Of a DNA stretch of 64,000 bases, positions 27,013 through 40,159 are shown in pieces. This stretch comes from Callorhinchus milii. Lineage: Eukaryota. The position numbers were made by a program, and so were the translations under genes. The notes under the pieces were generated by a model that ran no database searches, was not told the origin of the DNA, and saw only the letters and a list, made by a program, of their open reading frames with translations. Position 1 is the stretch's first letter. The number at the start of each line of letters is the position of its first letter. The stretch is taken from positions 112,656,001 through 112,720,000 of the forward strand of contig NW_024704742.1 of assembly GCF_018977255.1 (NCBI RefSeq). Direction: 5' to 3'.

Positions 27013-27839
27013 TCCAGGTGCATTGCAATAGTATTATATGAATTGATAGGACGGGAAAGGGGCCATTACAACATTGTTACCCAGGATCAAAGTAGAAAAA
27101 TACAGTACCAGACATTGCTCTGTCTCACATCTGTCTTCCTCCATTGTGTATCTATCCAGCTTCCTCAAATTTACCTGTAGAATTACAACCATGCACATTC
27201 TTTATCCTCCTGCTTACACGGTGAATTTTACTCCATCCAGCAATGTACAAAGTCAACTGCCACTCACTTCACGCTGTCTCAGTATCAAAATCGGAGAGCT
27301 ATACTGTACTCAAATGTCTATTTTGATTTTTTTCTATTGGTAGGAATGAACTGTGTTTTAATATTTAATTGCAAAGTGTTGCAGATAGAACCAATTGTAC
27401 AGCATTGAGTTCTCATTTTCTCAACTGAAAACTGACACATGTACAGAATTTTGGATAGTTTGGAGTAGGCCTCAGGACTTTGTATGAGTGGATGTCTCTT
27501 GAACGTGGCCCTGCTCCACATTTCTGGGATTAATTGATACACAAGGTGCACTTGAGTACCTTTATGGAATATGTCTAAATTGGTATCATGTAAGATTCGA
27601 AACACCTGCATTGTGTTATCTTGAATAACATTAATCTCAGACAGACCACAAGATAGCTGATTTATTTAATATTCTGTGGGATGTCAAGGTAGATCAGATC
27701 TGCTCAAGATTCGGATGAATATTGAATAAAATATCACTGTAAATAAGTTTAGCATCATGATAAGTGAATTTAAACTTTGCCAAACATTTTAGCCCAGGGA
27801 TATAGTTGTTTGGTGCTCTAAAGGGTAACTTTTGCTGAG

Positions 27840-29530
27840 CGCAAAATGGCTGCCGCGCTCACCAACAAATAGAGTTACTACTTTTGTCGCTATTCCTGTG
27901 AAGTGCTTTGAAGAACTTTGAAGATTTGGTTCGAGATTGGGGTTCAGGAGAGGATGGAAGATGGTATTCTTGACACACTTCAGGCCGTAGGAAGCAAGAG
28001 TAGGTGATATGTGCCCCCAGCTGAATGCTGAACTGGCCAAAATCCTCAACATGCCTTGTCGGTCTCACCACATCAGAAGCATAAGGAAATCTTTCAGAGG
28101 CTTGGTGTCCTTTGCCACTTGAAATATCAATTCCTTGGGAGATAGAAATTCTGAGATCAGCCTTTCCTTTCCCAAGAAAGGATTCATGTTCTTGCTCTAC
28201 AGAAAACATGTGGGATGGTGAATAATTGTTGCCTGTGTTTTTATGAGTACCAGGTAATTGAAGGACCTATGGACCCAAAGATGAATGGTTCTGATCTTTG
28301 ACCAGGACCTGCTAACAGTGGAAGTTGAAATATGCTCGGCGATCCATGTCTGGGTGAAGATATTCATATGAGGATCTACACTGTGGCTTGTGGGATCAGT
28401 GTACAATCCTCAGAAGCTAGTTGGTGCTGAACACCAGTGGATCCTGAAAGCCATGGGTACCTAGCTAAATGGCCTCGGACAATGGTTTTCTACCTGTCCA
28501 TTGCTCCTTATGGGAGACTGGAACATGTCAAAACTGGAACTTCAAACTTTGATAGCAGTGCTCTCCACTCCTGTTCTGAGGTTCACAAATGGCATTGGTG
28601 TGGAGTGCAGAATGGAACAGCAATTGGTTAGGTGGTAGGGAGTGGTTTAGCAAGTCCTATGCTCCTCGATTACATTGCTCGGAGTCATTGGGAAATCTCT
28701 GACCACTGGACGGTCATCTTCTGTGTCATAAAGGCAGCCTTAAACTTTTAGGACAGGGTGCTGACCAGGCAATATGGAGTGAATGTTAGGTTGGAGCTAT
28801 TGGTGTGCCTTGTGCTACGAATAATCATGCCCATGTACTCAACCATACAAGGGATATTGCTGACTATGAAGCCTGGGAGCCATTCTGTGTGAGGGCTGTC
28901 TTGATGATTGATGGCAAAGCCTAGAACCTTCTTGCTTCTGCAGCTGAGGTCATACGGAAGCTGAAGCTACAGCCAGCAGGGCACACATCCCGAAAGTGGG
29001 ACCCTGTCAAGGTAACCACAAAGGGAAGAGCTATTAGGTGAAAGCAGAGTCTTTAAAGCAGGTTTACAAGCTTCCTCGGAGCAAGCTAAAACTGCAGCAA
29101 CTTACAACCAAGCATGGCACAAAGCCGGGTAGGTTAGTGGAGAAATGAAGCAGAACCACTGTCAGTAAGTCCTGGTCAACGATCAGAGCCAACTACACAA
29201 GAATTATCCCAAATCTTTCTTCCTCTGGCTGAAGTCTGCCATTGGTCATTGCCAGAGGATCCCCTTTGTGGGCAGTGCCTGTGTTGGACAAGTCCAGTGT
29301 TCTACAACAGACCCGTGGGCATATTCTTGGGGATCTGGAGGGAGCATTATGAAGAGTTGGTGTCTGACCCAACAGGCCATAGCAGAGAATCATCTGCAAG
29401 GTGGTTGGAAGAGCTGGCAGGAGGTGTGGAACAGACTGATGGTGTTAATGACCAATTGTTAAGCGAAGGTGGACTCCACTAATGGTAAGACAGCAGGTGA
29501 ACAGCATTAATGCTAAGCTCCTGAAAGCTG
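27840..29530 (+). mobile_element. Degraded non-LTR retrotransposon, APE endonuclease plus linker, RTE/RTEX-like, RT absent
   Basis: Ordered APE motifs FAT*NINSL (28111), IHVLALQKT (28182), GSVYNP (28393), LLLMGDWNM (28501), LDYI (28665), WEISDH (28689), then PKSFFLWLKS (~29208) and WREHYEELVSDPTGHSR (29336). Confidence 0.85.
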
Positions 29531-32329
29531 CTCAGGAGGACATCCCAAAGCTTTTCAGAGAATACATTGTAAAGTGCAGTGACTGTGTGTATTGTGGATG
29601 TACGCACTCACACTGAATTATGATGGGCAGAATTACAGCCCTGTGGGTTGAGAGATGCTCATTATGCAATATGCGCAGAGCTTAGTGTCCAAAAATAACT
29701 TTTTAAGTGCAGTCACAGGCTAATATTATCCCGAAAGGATGACAAAAATTCAGACTTTGGAGTTATTTTTAGCCCTTGTCGCACAAAGGTTGTTCATGCT
29801 CTGTACCACTGAAAATAATTGAATGTAAAATAAAATAAGTCCGTAAAATGATTTTGGCTCGCAACTATTGGGAAACACATTTGCAGGGAGGCATATTGCA
29901 AGTCTACCACTTCAGCATTACAGCTGCAGGACTACAAATTCTGCAGTTTTATAGATGGAAGGGCAGTTAAATAATAATAACTATTGTGGAAGCTTGCCAT
30001 TTTTAAAACAACGGCTTCAGCAGAATATGGCAATCAGGGAAATAGCGTGAAATGACCCTGAAGTAGCTTCAGTCAGATGGGATTGTTTGGGGTATTGAAT
30101 TTGACAATATGTATTTAGAAATCATGCAGAATCAATTTTAAGTTTCACAATTAGTTTCAGAATTTATCCTTTCCTTAGGTCATATTGTTGCTTTCTGCTT
30201 CCTCTTTCAGCTGAGAGACAGTGCATATGAGTAATGGGATCATTTCTATGTGCTCAGAGATTATACAGCAGAAGGTCATTCCCTGGCTTGGTAGGGGTAG
30301 AAATCTGCTTTCTATTGAGGTGGAGCTCTACGGCACCAGTGACAGCATGGATATGAACTGGAAACCTATCACACCCATGGCTAAGTTAGAAGTCGAATAT
30401 AAAGAAAAGACCTTTTGTTGGGAGTTCACTTCACCTATGTGATGTATGACATGATTGATATTTAAAGGCCAGATTTGCCATTTTAACCTGCAATCATTAT
30501 TGCAAATACATTGTGAACACTCCACCTGTGCTGCGGAGCAAATCATTTATGTCTGTTGTAGTTTCCTCACACAACCCCGCTTTCTCATTCTAATTAAACA
30601 ACCTTAAAACAAATGAATACATTTATTCTGGTTTTGTTAACCCAAATTAGGTAAGTATCCAATCTGGTTCCTGGTGTTAAGGTTTTAGATTTTATAAGTC
30701 TCTAAAGATCACGTTAGCATCTTGTAAAACCAGCCTGCCTATACACAGGTTCCTGGGGCAGCAGCCAATGAGAACTCATCTTAGTTCCCCTTTGAAAGCA
30801 AAATGTCCTTCTTGTTGCAAGATCCAGGATTAATTATGAACTAGAGGAAAATTCCAACCGAAGGCTTAATGCAATAGTGTGCAAAGTGTTTTTAATATTT
30901 AAAAACACTGCTTTAGATTTTCAGATTTGAAAAATAAATTGGAAGGGAAGCAAAATAATCATGCATCTGTAGTGTGATGAATTATTTAGTGCATTTTAAG
31001 AATGGTTTGTAATAGTCTCATATTTTAATTCCAGCATACCATTGAAAACATGAACGATCAAATATTCTGTTAACTGTTAAAAGTACACACAATTCTTTGA
31101 AAGGATTTGGGGGGAAAAAATTGTGCCTCATTTGCTGTTGCCTCATTGCAATCTTTTCTTAATTAAGAATTCCCTTTTTCACCCACAAATGCACTTCCAG
31201 CCTTTAGAAATCCTACACATATTTAGCCAGCCACCAGTTTACACCAGCAAGTTTTAGATCAATGTAACTAATGCAACCACAATTAACTACATGAGCTCAC
31301 ACATTTACCTGCCAGGAGATCCTTATCTGCTTCCTGGAAGGTCATTCAGTTATCCGCTCAGACAACATGTAAAATGTTCAAATCTTTCACCTAAAGAGTG
31401 AAATATATTATACAACAACAACAACAACAACAAGATTCCATTTATATACAATGGAAGGATTTCATTACCATTGCGCTACTAATAAAGAAGGCTGGTGCCA
31501 AACACTATTCAGTGATATGCAAACTGAATGTTGACTATTATATGATATGAAGTAAGCATCAGGCAACCCAATTTTTATATAATAATTAAAACCCTTAGCA
31601 ATCTTTTGCTAAATAATGGCTGCTAATATATTCATCCATCTGGTGTGGGAGATAATTACAAGATCGATAAATGCAAGATAATGCTTATTGAAAAAGGAAA
31701 CAGTAAATGTGTATTGAATAGAAATATCCATTAGTAGAGAAACACAAGTATCTGGGAGTGGCAACTGATCATTCACTAAAGGTTTCCAATCAATCCTGGC
31801 TTTTCAGTATTGAACGTCTGGCTTGTGGATCGCTTAGACAAAAAATAAAGAAGTCAGAATCCCACTAACCAGCAGTTGTAAGCTATGGAAGATGGAAGTT
31901 CAGCAACGTTAACTTCACTGACTTTACGAATGAAAATTTACTTCAGGTGTGTTTATGGCTTCTGGCTCAATTCATATTTGAAATATTAAATGGACCTCAA
32001 ATTTTAACCAATTAGGTATAATTTTGTACACACCTACTTTCTAAAGGACTTTAGCCCCTTGGCCAACAATGCCCCAAATAAAATTGGTTAGTTTTTTCGC
32101 AGGTTGTTTGTGAGATATAGCTGTGTGCAAACAGGCTGTTGCATTTGCCTACAAAGTTCACATTCACTACATTTTAGAATACCTTTGAAATGTCCTCCTG
32201 ATATGAAAGGGACTACACCAAATGCAAGGATTATTATCGATGTTTTGAAGAGAAACTAGGATGACTCTGGGATTTAGAATAATATAATATTCTTAGAATT
32301 TGATGTGGCATGTATAATGTTAAAAGGTT

Positions 32330-32610
32330 TCAAAATCCTTAATAGATAATGACTGTAAAATGTAATTGCAGTGTATTTTTTTGTAGGCAAATGTGACAGC
32401 CAAGTTGTGCAGGCCAAGGTTCCACAAATAGCCATGCAGTGAATTGCCAATTTATCTGGAGTATGTTTGGCCATGATACTGGAAAAAATTCTTGTCTTTT
32501 CAAATAGTTTTCTGAGAACTTTCAGCTTGAACTTAACCTTGGTTTTCTGTCTTATTGAAAGGATGGAACCTCCAACATTGTGACACTCCCAATTACTGCA
32601 CTGGTGTGTA
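32330..32610 (-). mobile_element. Degraded Deu-domain SINE
   Basis: CCTCCAACATTGTGACACTCCC..ACTGCACTGG plus the shared 3' module. Confidence 0.7.
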
Positions 32611-32774
32611 AGTCTACTCTAACTCTATAAGTGATAAGGTGAAATGCTGAGAACTAAACTTCTCATTAGAAAAAAATCTAAAAAAAAAGACATGAACCTG
32701 ATTGATATTGATTTCATAGATGTTAGGAGGCTGTTTAATTTAGACTGTGAGAACTTAACTTAAGGGCATTGAAT

Positions 32775-32990
32775 TAGCCAGAGTGTTTGTGAGGGTACTG
32801 CTGGAGTTTAACCAGCTAAAAGCATATAGCTTGCCATTGAGAGCACTGAGAGCTTGAGAGCAAGCTTCCCACTGTTTGTCCAGCCTGGGCCAAGCACCAT
32901 ATCTGTTAGGACTTTGGCTTCTGGGGTTGACAGGAGCTGCGTGGGAAGAATCACTCCTCCCAGTGCCCAGCTTGAAGCACTCTACCCAAT
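32775..32990 (-). repeat. Repeat 'X' fragment
   Basis: GTTTAACCAGCTAAA..TTGCCATTGAGAGCACTG..CAAGCTTCCCACTG is the reverse complement of the copy at ~9270-9345. Confidence 0.8.
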
Positions 32991-33558
32991 CTTGTTCCTG
33001 ATGTCAGTTCCTCAAACATCAGCAAACCCATAATGTAAAAGTTGGTCGTATAAACTCCGATGAAGTTTATAAATAAAATCGATTTTAATGCGAGGCACTT
33101 AGCAATGCTTTTAGCATTGACATCAGGTCTGGGGCTGCTCTTTACCTCAATTTAAATCTGCAAATTCCATTTTTGGGCAGAGCAACTTATTTTATTCTTG
33201 CATGTTCAAAGCTTAGTTTTGAGCACAAGATGGTTAATACATAACAGAACATTGGGCCTAATATACCTGTCTCTGCCAATTTAAGACAGAATGTAGGCAT
33301 GTTTAAATGGGCGGAAAGCTAGATGATGCTAAAGGACTGCATTTAGCCCTGCTCAGCACTACTGCTCCAAAGATTATGGCATTCAAGATCTTTCATGAAA
33401 AGGGATAAAAACGGTCAATTTATCTTGTCAATAATTTATTGGACATCCTTCCGAGTGAAAGGCGCTATATAAATGCAATCTGTTGTTGTTGTTGTTGTTG
33501 TTAAAGGCCATTAGATAAGAACTCTTGAAGCTGGCATATCTGAGGAGACACATTAAAA

Positions 33559-33857
33559 ATAATAATAATCCTTACATTCGATATAGCATCTTCTAGACTT
33601 CTCAAAGTGCTTCACAGAATATGCTGTAAAGTGAATTGACCGTATATTTGTGGGGGAAATGCGGCAGCCAATTGCGCACAGCAGTGTCCCACAAACAGTC
33701 GTGGATTGAAAATTACCAATTTGTTATTGTTTTTGGTTTTGGAGGGATTATTATTAGACGTGTGGAGTAAGGAAACTTGCCTAAGGTTTCACCCTGCCGG
33801 GAATTGAACCCAGGTGTCTCGCTTGCAAAACAAGTGGTCTAACCAATGAGCTACAGC
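33559..33857 (-). mobile_element. SINE family A (short form)
   Basis: Head, CORE-like block, body and (TAA)n tail present. Confidence 0.9.
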
Positions 33858-33929
33858 ACTGCAAAAAGTGTAAAAAGTGTTTGGATCAGAGCTGGAGTTA
33901 GTAAGCTTCATGAAAGATTTCAAAGTTGT

Positions 33930-34260
33930 CTTAGAGCAGTAAGAGCAAAGCATAAACCTATGGAGAGAACAGTGATGAGTATAAGAATGTGCTTAAAAGG
34001 ATATTCAATTGAACAGGAAAGATTAAAGAGATTGCAGGGGGGAATCTAACATAATGTGAAAGGCTTTATAAATATATTCATAGTAAGCGCATGGTAAGGA
34101 TAATTGGAGGACTTTGAAGGATCTAAGGATGACATGCTATTGAGTGACCCAGGTAATGCCCATTGGAACAATGTGTATAATGTATCAATTAGCACAGCCA
34201 GAGAAAGACAAAGATCTGGGAGTAGCTGTTGCTCATTCATGAAGGTTTCCAATTAAGTGG
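33930..34260 (+). mobile_element. Old CR1 ORF2 fragments
   Basis: Decayed K.FYKYI.SKR and EKDKDLGV motifs. Confidence 0.65.
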
Positions 34261-35082
34261 ACTTCTGGCTCATGGATTTAACCTTGGACTGCCTGTTAAC
34301 GGATATGTCAAATATTCTATACGAGCAGTCGTCAATGTGTGTGGGGTGTAAATAGATAGGAATCATAGTGAGCTCTGACTCCCATCCCCATGGTCCTCTG
34401 AACATTCTAAAGTACTTTTTAAAACTAATCATGTGAATTATTGCATTTGATATAATGCATTTTAGATCAGAAGAATGTCTGAAAGCACTTCACAGTATTC
34501 ACTGTAAAGTGTAGTGACTATGTATTTTTGTAGGCGAATGAGGCAGCCAATTTGCACATAGAAATGGCCCACCAATAGCCATGAAGCAAATGACCAATTT
34601 TATTTGTGCGTTTGTATGTTTGTTGAAGCAATTAAAACACTGCATTATCAAGTTGTCAAGCTCACACGCCTCACCAGTCATCAGCAGCAGACCAGTCACT
34701 GCAGGTAAGGAGATGTAGGGTCTTATTGACAGTTCTTCTTGAACATTCTGAAGCTATTATTTTTGAATGAACACATTTGCAGTAACAGAATCACTATTTG
34801 ACGTCCCTGTGCAGTGTTTGTTGTGGATGATGTATATTTAATTTATTTGATTTTTACTTTATTTTAACCATAATTGAAGAATGACAGACTGCAAGAGATA
34901 TAATGAAATTCTGGTTTGTCATGGAGTCTGGCATTTTGTTTATTGGTCTTTAATCGGCCACAATAAAGGACTGAAAAGTCTTAACAAAAGTTCAAAACGA
35001 CAAATCAATGGCCCTTGTTAGCTTTCAGGAGGGTTTTTTTAAACAATTTTGAATTTTTTAAAATTAAATTATACAATTTTGC

Positions 35083-35790
35083 CTGGCTCAGTTGGTAGCA
35101 ATGTGTCCATGGGTCAGAGGATTGTTGATTCAAGACGCAAGGATGGGAGTTTGCGCTCATAGTATAGGCTGACACTCCATTACTATACAGAGAAGCTCTG
35201 CACTGCCAGAGGTGCCATCGTTTAGCTGAGATGTTATACTGAGGTGTATTCAGGTGGATGTACTCTTAACTTTCTTCAGTTGAATGTTTGGCTATCAGAA
35301 TTTCAACTCCAAAGTCGTCATTAACTTTCATGTGGGACTACAAATAAACTCTGTTAAGTGCTTTGCAATGTTCTCAGTGTTATAGGTGAGGCAGAAGTTT
35401 ATAGGTTGAAGCCCCATGTCGGACTGTGAATCAGTCCAGGCTGACATTCTCATTCAGTGCTGGAATTGTGCTGCCTTAGAATGAGACATTTTGGAGATTC
35501 TGTCCTTACGATGAAACATTAAACTGAGGTCCTGTCTGCCTGTTCAACTGGATGTTAGAGATACAATGGCACTGTTCAAAAGAGAAGCAAATTTCTCTTG
35601 GTATCCTGGCCTGATAAAATTCACTTCCTGGCCATTTTTGGGACAGCCTGCGCTCAAATTTACTGCTGCATTCATTCACAAAATGCACAGGCACTGTATC
35701 TTAAAACAAATCCTGTGAAACATTTTGAGATACAGTATTTTGATGACATTATAAGGCTCTATAAAGAATGGAAGGAATATGATTACTTTT
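35083..35790 (+). mobile_element. Two partial Deu-domain SINEs in tandem (~35083-35265 and ~35395-35790)
   Basis: A-box TGGCTCAGTTGG, GGCTGACAC(T/A) block and Deu core AAACTGAGGTCCTGTCTGCCTGTTCA. Confidence 0.8.
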
Positions 35791-36619
35791 GTTAATTCCT
35801 TGAGTCAATTGTGCAAAGGCAAAAAGTAAGAATAGAAAGATTCCTACATCCAGGGATAAGGATCATCTGCCTCTGGGAACTGTAACTGGTGCGTTGGCAG
35901 AGCTGAAGGCACCAAACAACTCAAAATGGTAATAGTGAGTGGGAGAGAGACAGTGACAGGAGACAAAAACAAGCTCAAAGCTCTGGCGGAAAGGAAATTA
36001 AAGCTAAACAATTACAAGATTCAGTTAAATTATTTACTTTACATTATAGGCTTTATATGTGGCCTGATTTTTTGGAGTCCTTGAATTGGTTCTATCATTT
36101 CATGATTAAAAATATTTCAATTAGATTGATGTGTAAGGAGTCCAGCTTTGCGAATAAGATTTGTAGCCAGTTGTATATGATTAATGATAAATGACTTCTT
36201 GTGGCATTCTTCCAGATCTAAAGTGAAAGATTATCTCACCATGCACTTCATTCTGCAGCATGTTCAAATTAGCTAAGGTAAATATACTGAACTGATTCTA
36301 AAACACTTTTATGTGAGGGCATGGAGAAGATAAGTGGTTAATTGTTTAATTCTCATTCCTATGAAGTGAACAAAATGGAGAGATAAGTGAATCAAATAAA
36401 ACTGACTTAATGGAGAAGCTGAATGTAATATCTGTGCTCACACATTCAGACTGCTCTACTCAAAGTCACCTTTTATTTCTCCCTCATCCTACTCAACCTC
36501 TTCAAAGCTTTTGAGACTGTTGACTACACCAAATCCCGTCTATTGCCTCCCCAAAGTGCACCACCTCCTTGGCATTGTCCTCTCATTCCAGGCCTATATG
36601 TACCAGGCCTACCATTATA

Positions 36620-37430
36620 ACAAAACCAACTTGCATTTGTATAGTGCCTTTCAAATTGGATAATGTCTCAGAGTACTTTACAGTAACAGGGTTGAATGCC
36701 AAGCAAGGGGGGCATGGTGACCTTAGGTGCAGTTGAAAAGGTAGGTTTTGAGATGGAATTTAATAGACAGATAGAAAGAGGATGAAGTGGAATGTTAGAG
36801 GCAACTAGTTCCAGTGGTTAGGGCATTGCTGCATCTTCTCCATACTTTTCTTTGTGCACATCAACAACAACAACAATTTGCATTTATATAGCACAGGGTA
36901 GAGTCTCAGAGGGCTTAACAGTAGCTGAGCTTGACACTGAACCAGGGAGAGAGGGGAGGAACCAGAGGCACAGTCAAAGAGGAAAGTCTTCAGGTGTGAC
37001 CTGAAGACAGGCAAGGAGGGAGTGAGATGGAGGAATTGAGACAGAGAGTTCCATAATTTCAGGGCATAATGGACTGAACGCATGGCCGCTGAAGTATAGC
37101 GAAAAGGATGAGGGACATGTAGGAGGCCAGAGCCAGCTGAGTGGAGGAGACACAATACAATACAAAATTACATTTGTATAGTGCCTTTTACATCAAGAAG
37201 ATGTCCCAAGGCATTGAACAGTCAGGGATTTGGACCCAAACTGGGCATCAGGATCGGGGAGGGTGGATGGCAGGGAGGGTAGGACAATGGCTGAAGGCTC
37301 GGTCGAAGAGGAGGTTTTGAGATGCACCTTGAAGGAGGCGAGGGAGGGAGTGAGGCGAAGGGATTGTGGGATCGAGTTCCATAGGGTGAGGGCAGAAAGG
37401 CTGAGACAGGTAGAGGAGTGGGGTACAAGC
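36620..37430 (-). mobile_element. Cluster of three L2 3' fragments
   Basis: CAA-rich tails at ~36620, ~36862 and ~37153; LWNSL/LWNSIP and HLKT motifs on minus. Confidence 0.85.
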
Positions 37431-37849
37431 AATTTGGAGCTATGGGGCCATCTAAATGGTCATCTCCAATGTACCTGATGTTTCTACCCTTGATCATTTG
37501 CATACTGTCACTTGGACATATTATTTGTGAACAACATTTCAGCTAATTCTACCTTTTTACTACCACACTTGATTGCAGGGTTTTCCATGACTTCCTCAAT
37601 GCTCCATTTGACCTTGTTATTTAACTCTCCTTGCTTGCAAAAAATTCCTAGAACCTATCTTTTCGATAGTTCTATTACTTATCTATCTGGCAAGTCTGCA
37701 AAACCCATTCTGATAAGACTGTTCTGATATGTGAGGTGGGCTTTGACACACAAAATAAAATGCAATCTTGAATTTCAGATTCTGAACAGGATTTTTTGGA
37801 TTCTCAAACCCAAAAGTTGCATCAAATTTGTCAATGGTGAGATCGATAT

Positions 37850-38488
37850 GTTGCTCAGGTCAGGATGTTGCCTGCTAGAACATCTGTCCGACCCACCTGC
37901 CCCATCATTGGCGGGAGAGCCTTCAGCCACTCTACACCCAACCTCTGGAATTCCATCCCCCAATCACTCCGCCTCACACCCTCCTTAGCGTCCTTCAAGT
38001 CCTGCCTCAAAACCCTCCTCTTCGACCATTGGAGTCCTGTAGCTCAGTGGTTAGATCACTCACTTTGCAAGCGAGAGACCTGAGTTCAATTCCAGGCAGG
38101 GCGAAACCTTGGGCAAGTTTCCTTACTCCACACGCCTAATAATAATCCATCCAAAAAAAAAAAAATTGGTCATTTTCAATCTACGACTGTTTGTGGGACA
38201 TTGCTGTGCGCAATTGGCTGCTGCGTTCGCCCACAAATATACAGTCAATTCACTTTACAATGTGTTCTGTGAAGCGCTTTGGGATGTCCTCCTGACATGA
38301 AAAGCGCTAAATCAAATGCAAAGATTATTATTATTATGCCATCGGTCACCCCCCTTCCCCTCCTCTCCCTTCTCCCCCCCCCCGACACCAGCTCGGGTCT
38401 GAAATGCTATATACAATCCAGCGCCTTGGGACTTCCTCCTGACGTGAAAGGCGCTATATAAGTGTAATCTTGTTGTTGTTGTTGTTGT
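37850..38488 (+). mobile_element. L2 3' fragment interrupted by SINE A
   Basis: GGRAFS..LWNSIP..LKTLLF motifs, stem-loop and (TTG)n tail. Confidence 0.9.
38031..38337 (+). mobile_element. SINE family A (short form), full length
   Basis: GGAGTCCTGTAGCTCAGTGG A-box, GAGTTCAATTCC B-box, CCTTGGGCAAGT, (TTA)n tail. Confidence 0.95.
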
Positions 38489-38680
38489 GGAAGCAGATTC
38501 AATAGTAGCTTTCAAGAGGAAATTGGATAGGTATTTGAAAAGGAAAATATTGTAGAGCTATAGGTTAAAAATTGTAGAGGGAATGGAATTAGTTGGATAA
38601 CTCTTTAAAGAACCGGCACAGGCTTGATTGGCCAAATAGCCTCCTTCTGTGATGTAAGATTCTATAATTCTGTGATTCTT
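38489..38680 (+). mobile_element. CR1 3' end
   Basis: GGAAGCAGATTCAATAGTAGCTTTCAAGAGGAAATTGGAT..; tail GATTCTATAATTCTGTGATTCT. Confidence 0.85.
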
Positions 38681-38789
38681 GTTTAGGAGTAAACTATTTG
38701 TTTCTGTATGAACTTTTATAATACAATTTTTTTTGTACAAATTTATATACTGCCTTTCAGGTCAGGAGGATATCCCAAGGCACTTGTCT

Positions 38790-39560
38790 TTACAAGATCA
38801 GAAGAATGGCTTGGATGAAGAAGGCCCTTCAGCCCACTTGATTTCATCTTTTTCCCTATAAAACATGCAGTCACTACACTACACATAATATCCTTCATGT
38901 CATTATTATCCTTCTAGAATACCATTGTACTGTCTTTCCATTACAGCATCAAGCTCTTTTTCAAATGACTCTAGTGTCCTTGTTTCATTCACCCTTTCCA
39001 ACAACCTGTTCCAATCTTGTTGTTTCTGCCCCATATTGTGTTGTAAGTAAATGTCTAATTATATCTTCAGGGTATAGATACCAGGCAGGGTAAGAACATA
39101 GGAACATGAGAAGGCCATTTGACTCATTGAGCCAATCCCACCACTTTTTTAGATCATTAATATTTTTTCATTCTATTTCCTTGCCTTTTCTCTATATCTC
39201 TTAACACCCTTTTCTTTTCTAAGTATCCATCCATCTATCTCTCTTTCAAACATTCCAATTGATTCTGCATCTTCAGTTTCTGGAATAGTGCATTCCACCT
39301 TTGCAAACTCATGGTGTGAATTATTTTTTATGATTTCACTTTTCACCTGCTTATCTCTAATTCTAAGTTGATGTACTTTTGTTTTGGACCCAGTACCAAA
39401 ATGAAAAGGCATCACTAATTCCCTGCTTCACTGTACAGTTCAATCATATCACTCCTTACAACAAAACAACAACAAAATTACATTTATGGAGCACCTTTCA
39501 CGTCGGGAGGACGTCCCAAGGACTTACCTTCCTCAGCTCAAAAGAATAAACCCCAAGTTG
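38790..39560 (-). mobile_element. Old CR1 3' fragments
   Basis: Minus reading AESIGMFEREIDGW; CR1-like tails at ~38790 and ~39092. Confidence 0.65.
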
Positions 39561-40159
39561 AAACAGCTGGTCCATTAATAATAATAATCCTTGCATTTGA
39601 TATAGTGCTTTATCAGGTCATTGAAACATTTCAAGTACTTCACAGGACTTACTGTAAATTTTCACAAATGTGTATTTTGTAGGCAAACTTGGCAGCCAAT
39701 TTGCACGCAGCAAGATTTAAAAAAAAACATGAAATGACTAATCATTTTTATCTGGGAGAGTTTTTTTGTAAGCCTTTCTGTCACAGAACACCTTTGTCCA
39801 CCTTTGCCGGACTCTGCCTGACTAAATGTGGCTAACTGGCCAGAGGCAGTGTTTATTCATTCAACATATTCAGCAAAGGTACTGGAATCCTAATTATTCA
39901 TGGTTTTCAACTCATCTGAGAGCTGTTAAAAATTATGATCTGATTTTATAATTTCAAAGTTTTAGGTTTTTCATCTTAGTAGAGCTGATGTTGCAACCAA
40001 CTTTGGAACAAAGGATTCGAAAAAAAATCACTGCCATGAATATTTCTAGGTTTTTCTTTGGATCACTCAAAAGCTTCAAAGTGGTTTCTGGGGAAGTAAC
40101 ACATTGATTCACACCACGGAATATATTGCTGGAGAGAACAAATCAAAGTGCTGCTCAAT

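Noticed and set aside
30211..30442. Polypyrimidine-CAG acceptor followed by a 73-aa ORF
   Set aside because: All frames from the acceptor hit early stops and the ORF has no recognisable motif
31309..31390. Minus-strand exon candidate ending MTFQEADKDLLA
   Set aside because: Stops in all frames from the acceptor, no recognisable protein and no partner exons
34629..34704. Possible + exon ending at CAG/GTAAGG
   Set aside because: Weak acceptor adjoining a SINE remnant and an unrecognised peptide
38031..38105. tRNA gene (Ala/Val-like) at SINE heads, also at 48892, 61207 and 44380
   Set aside because: No closing acceptor stem or T-run terminator; the sequence continues directly into a repeated SINE body
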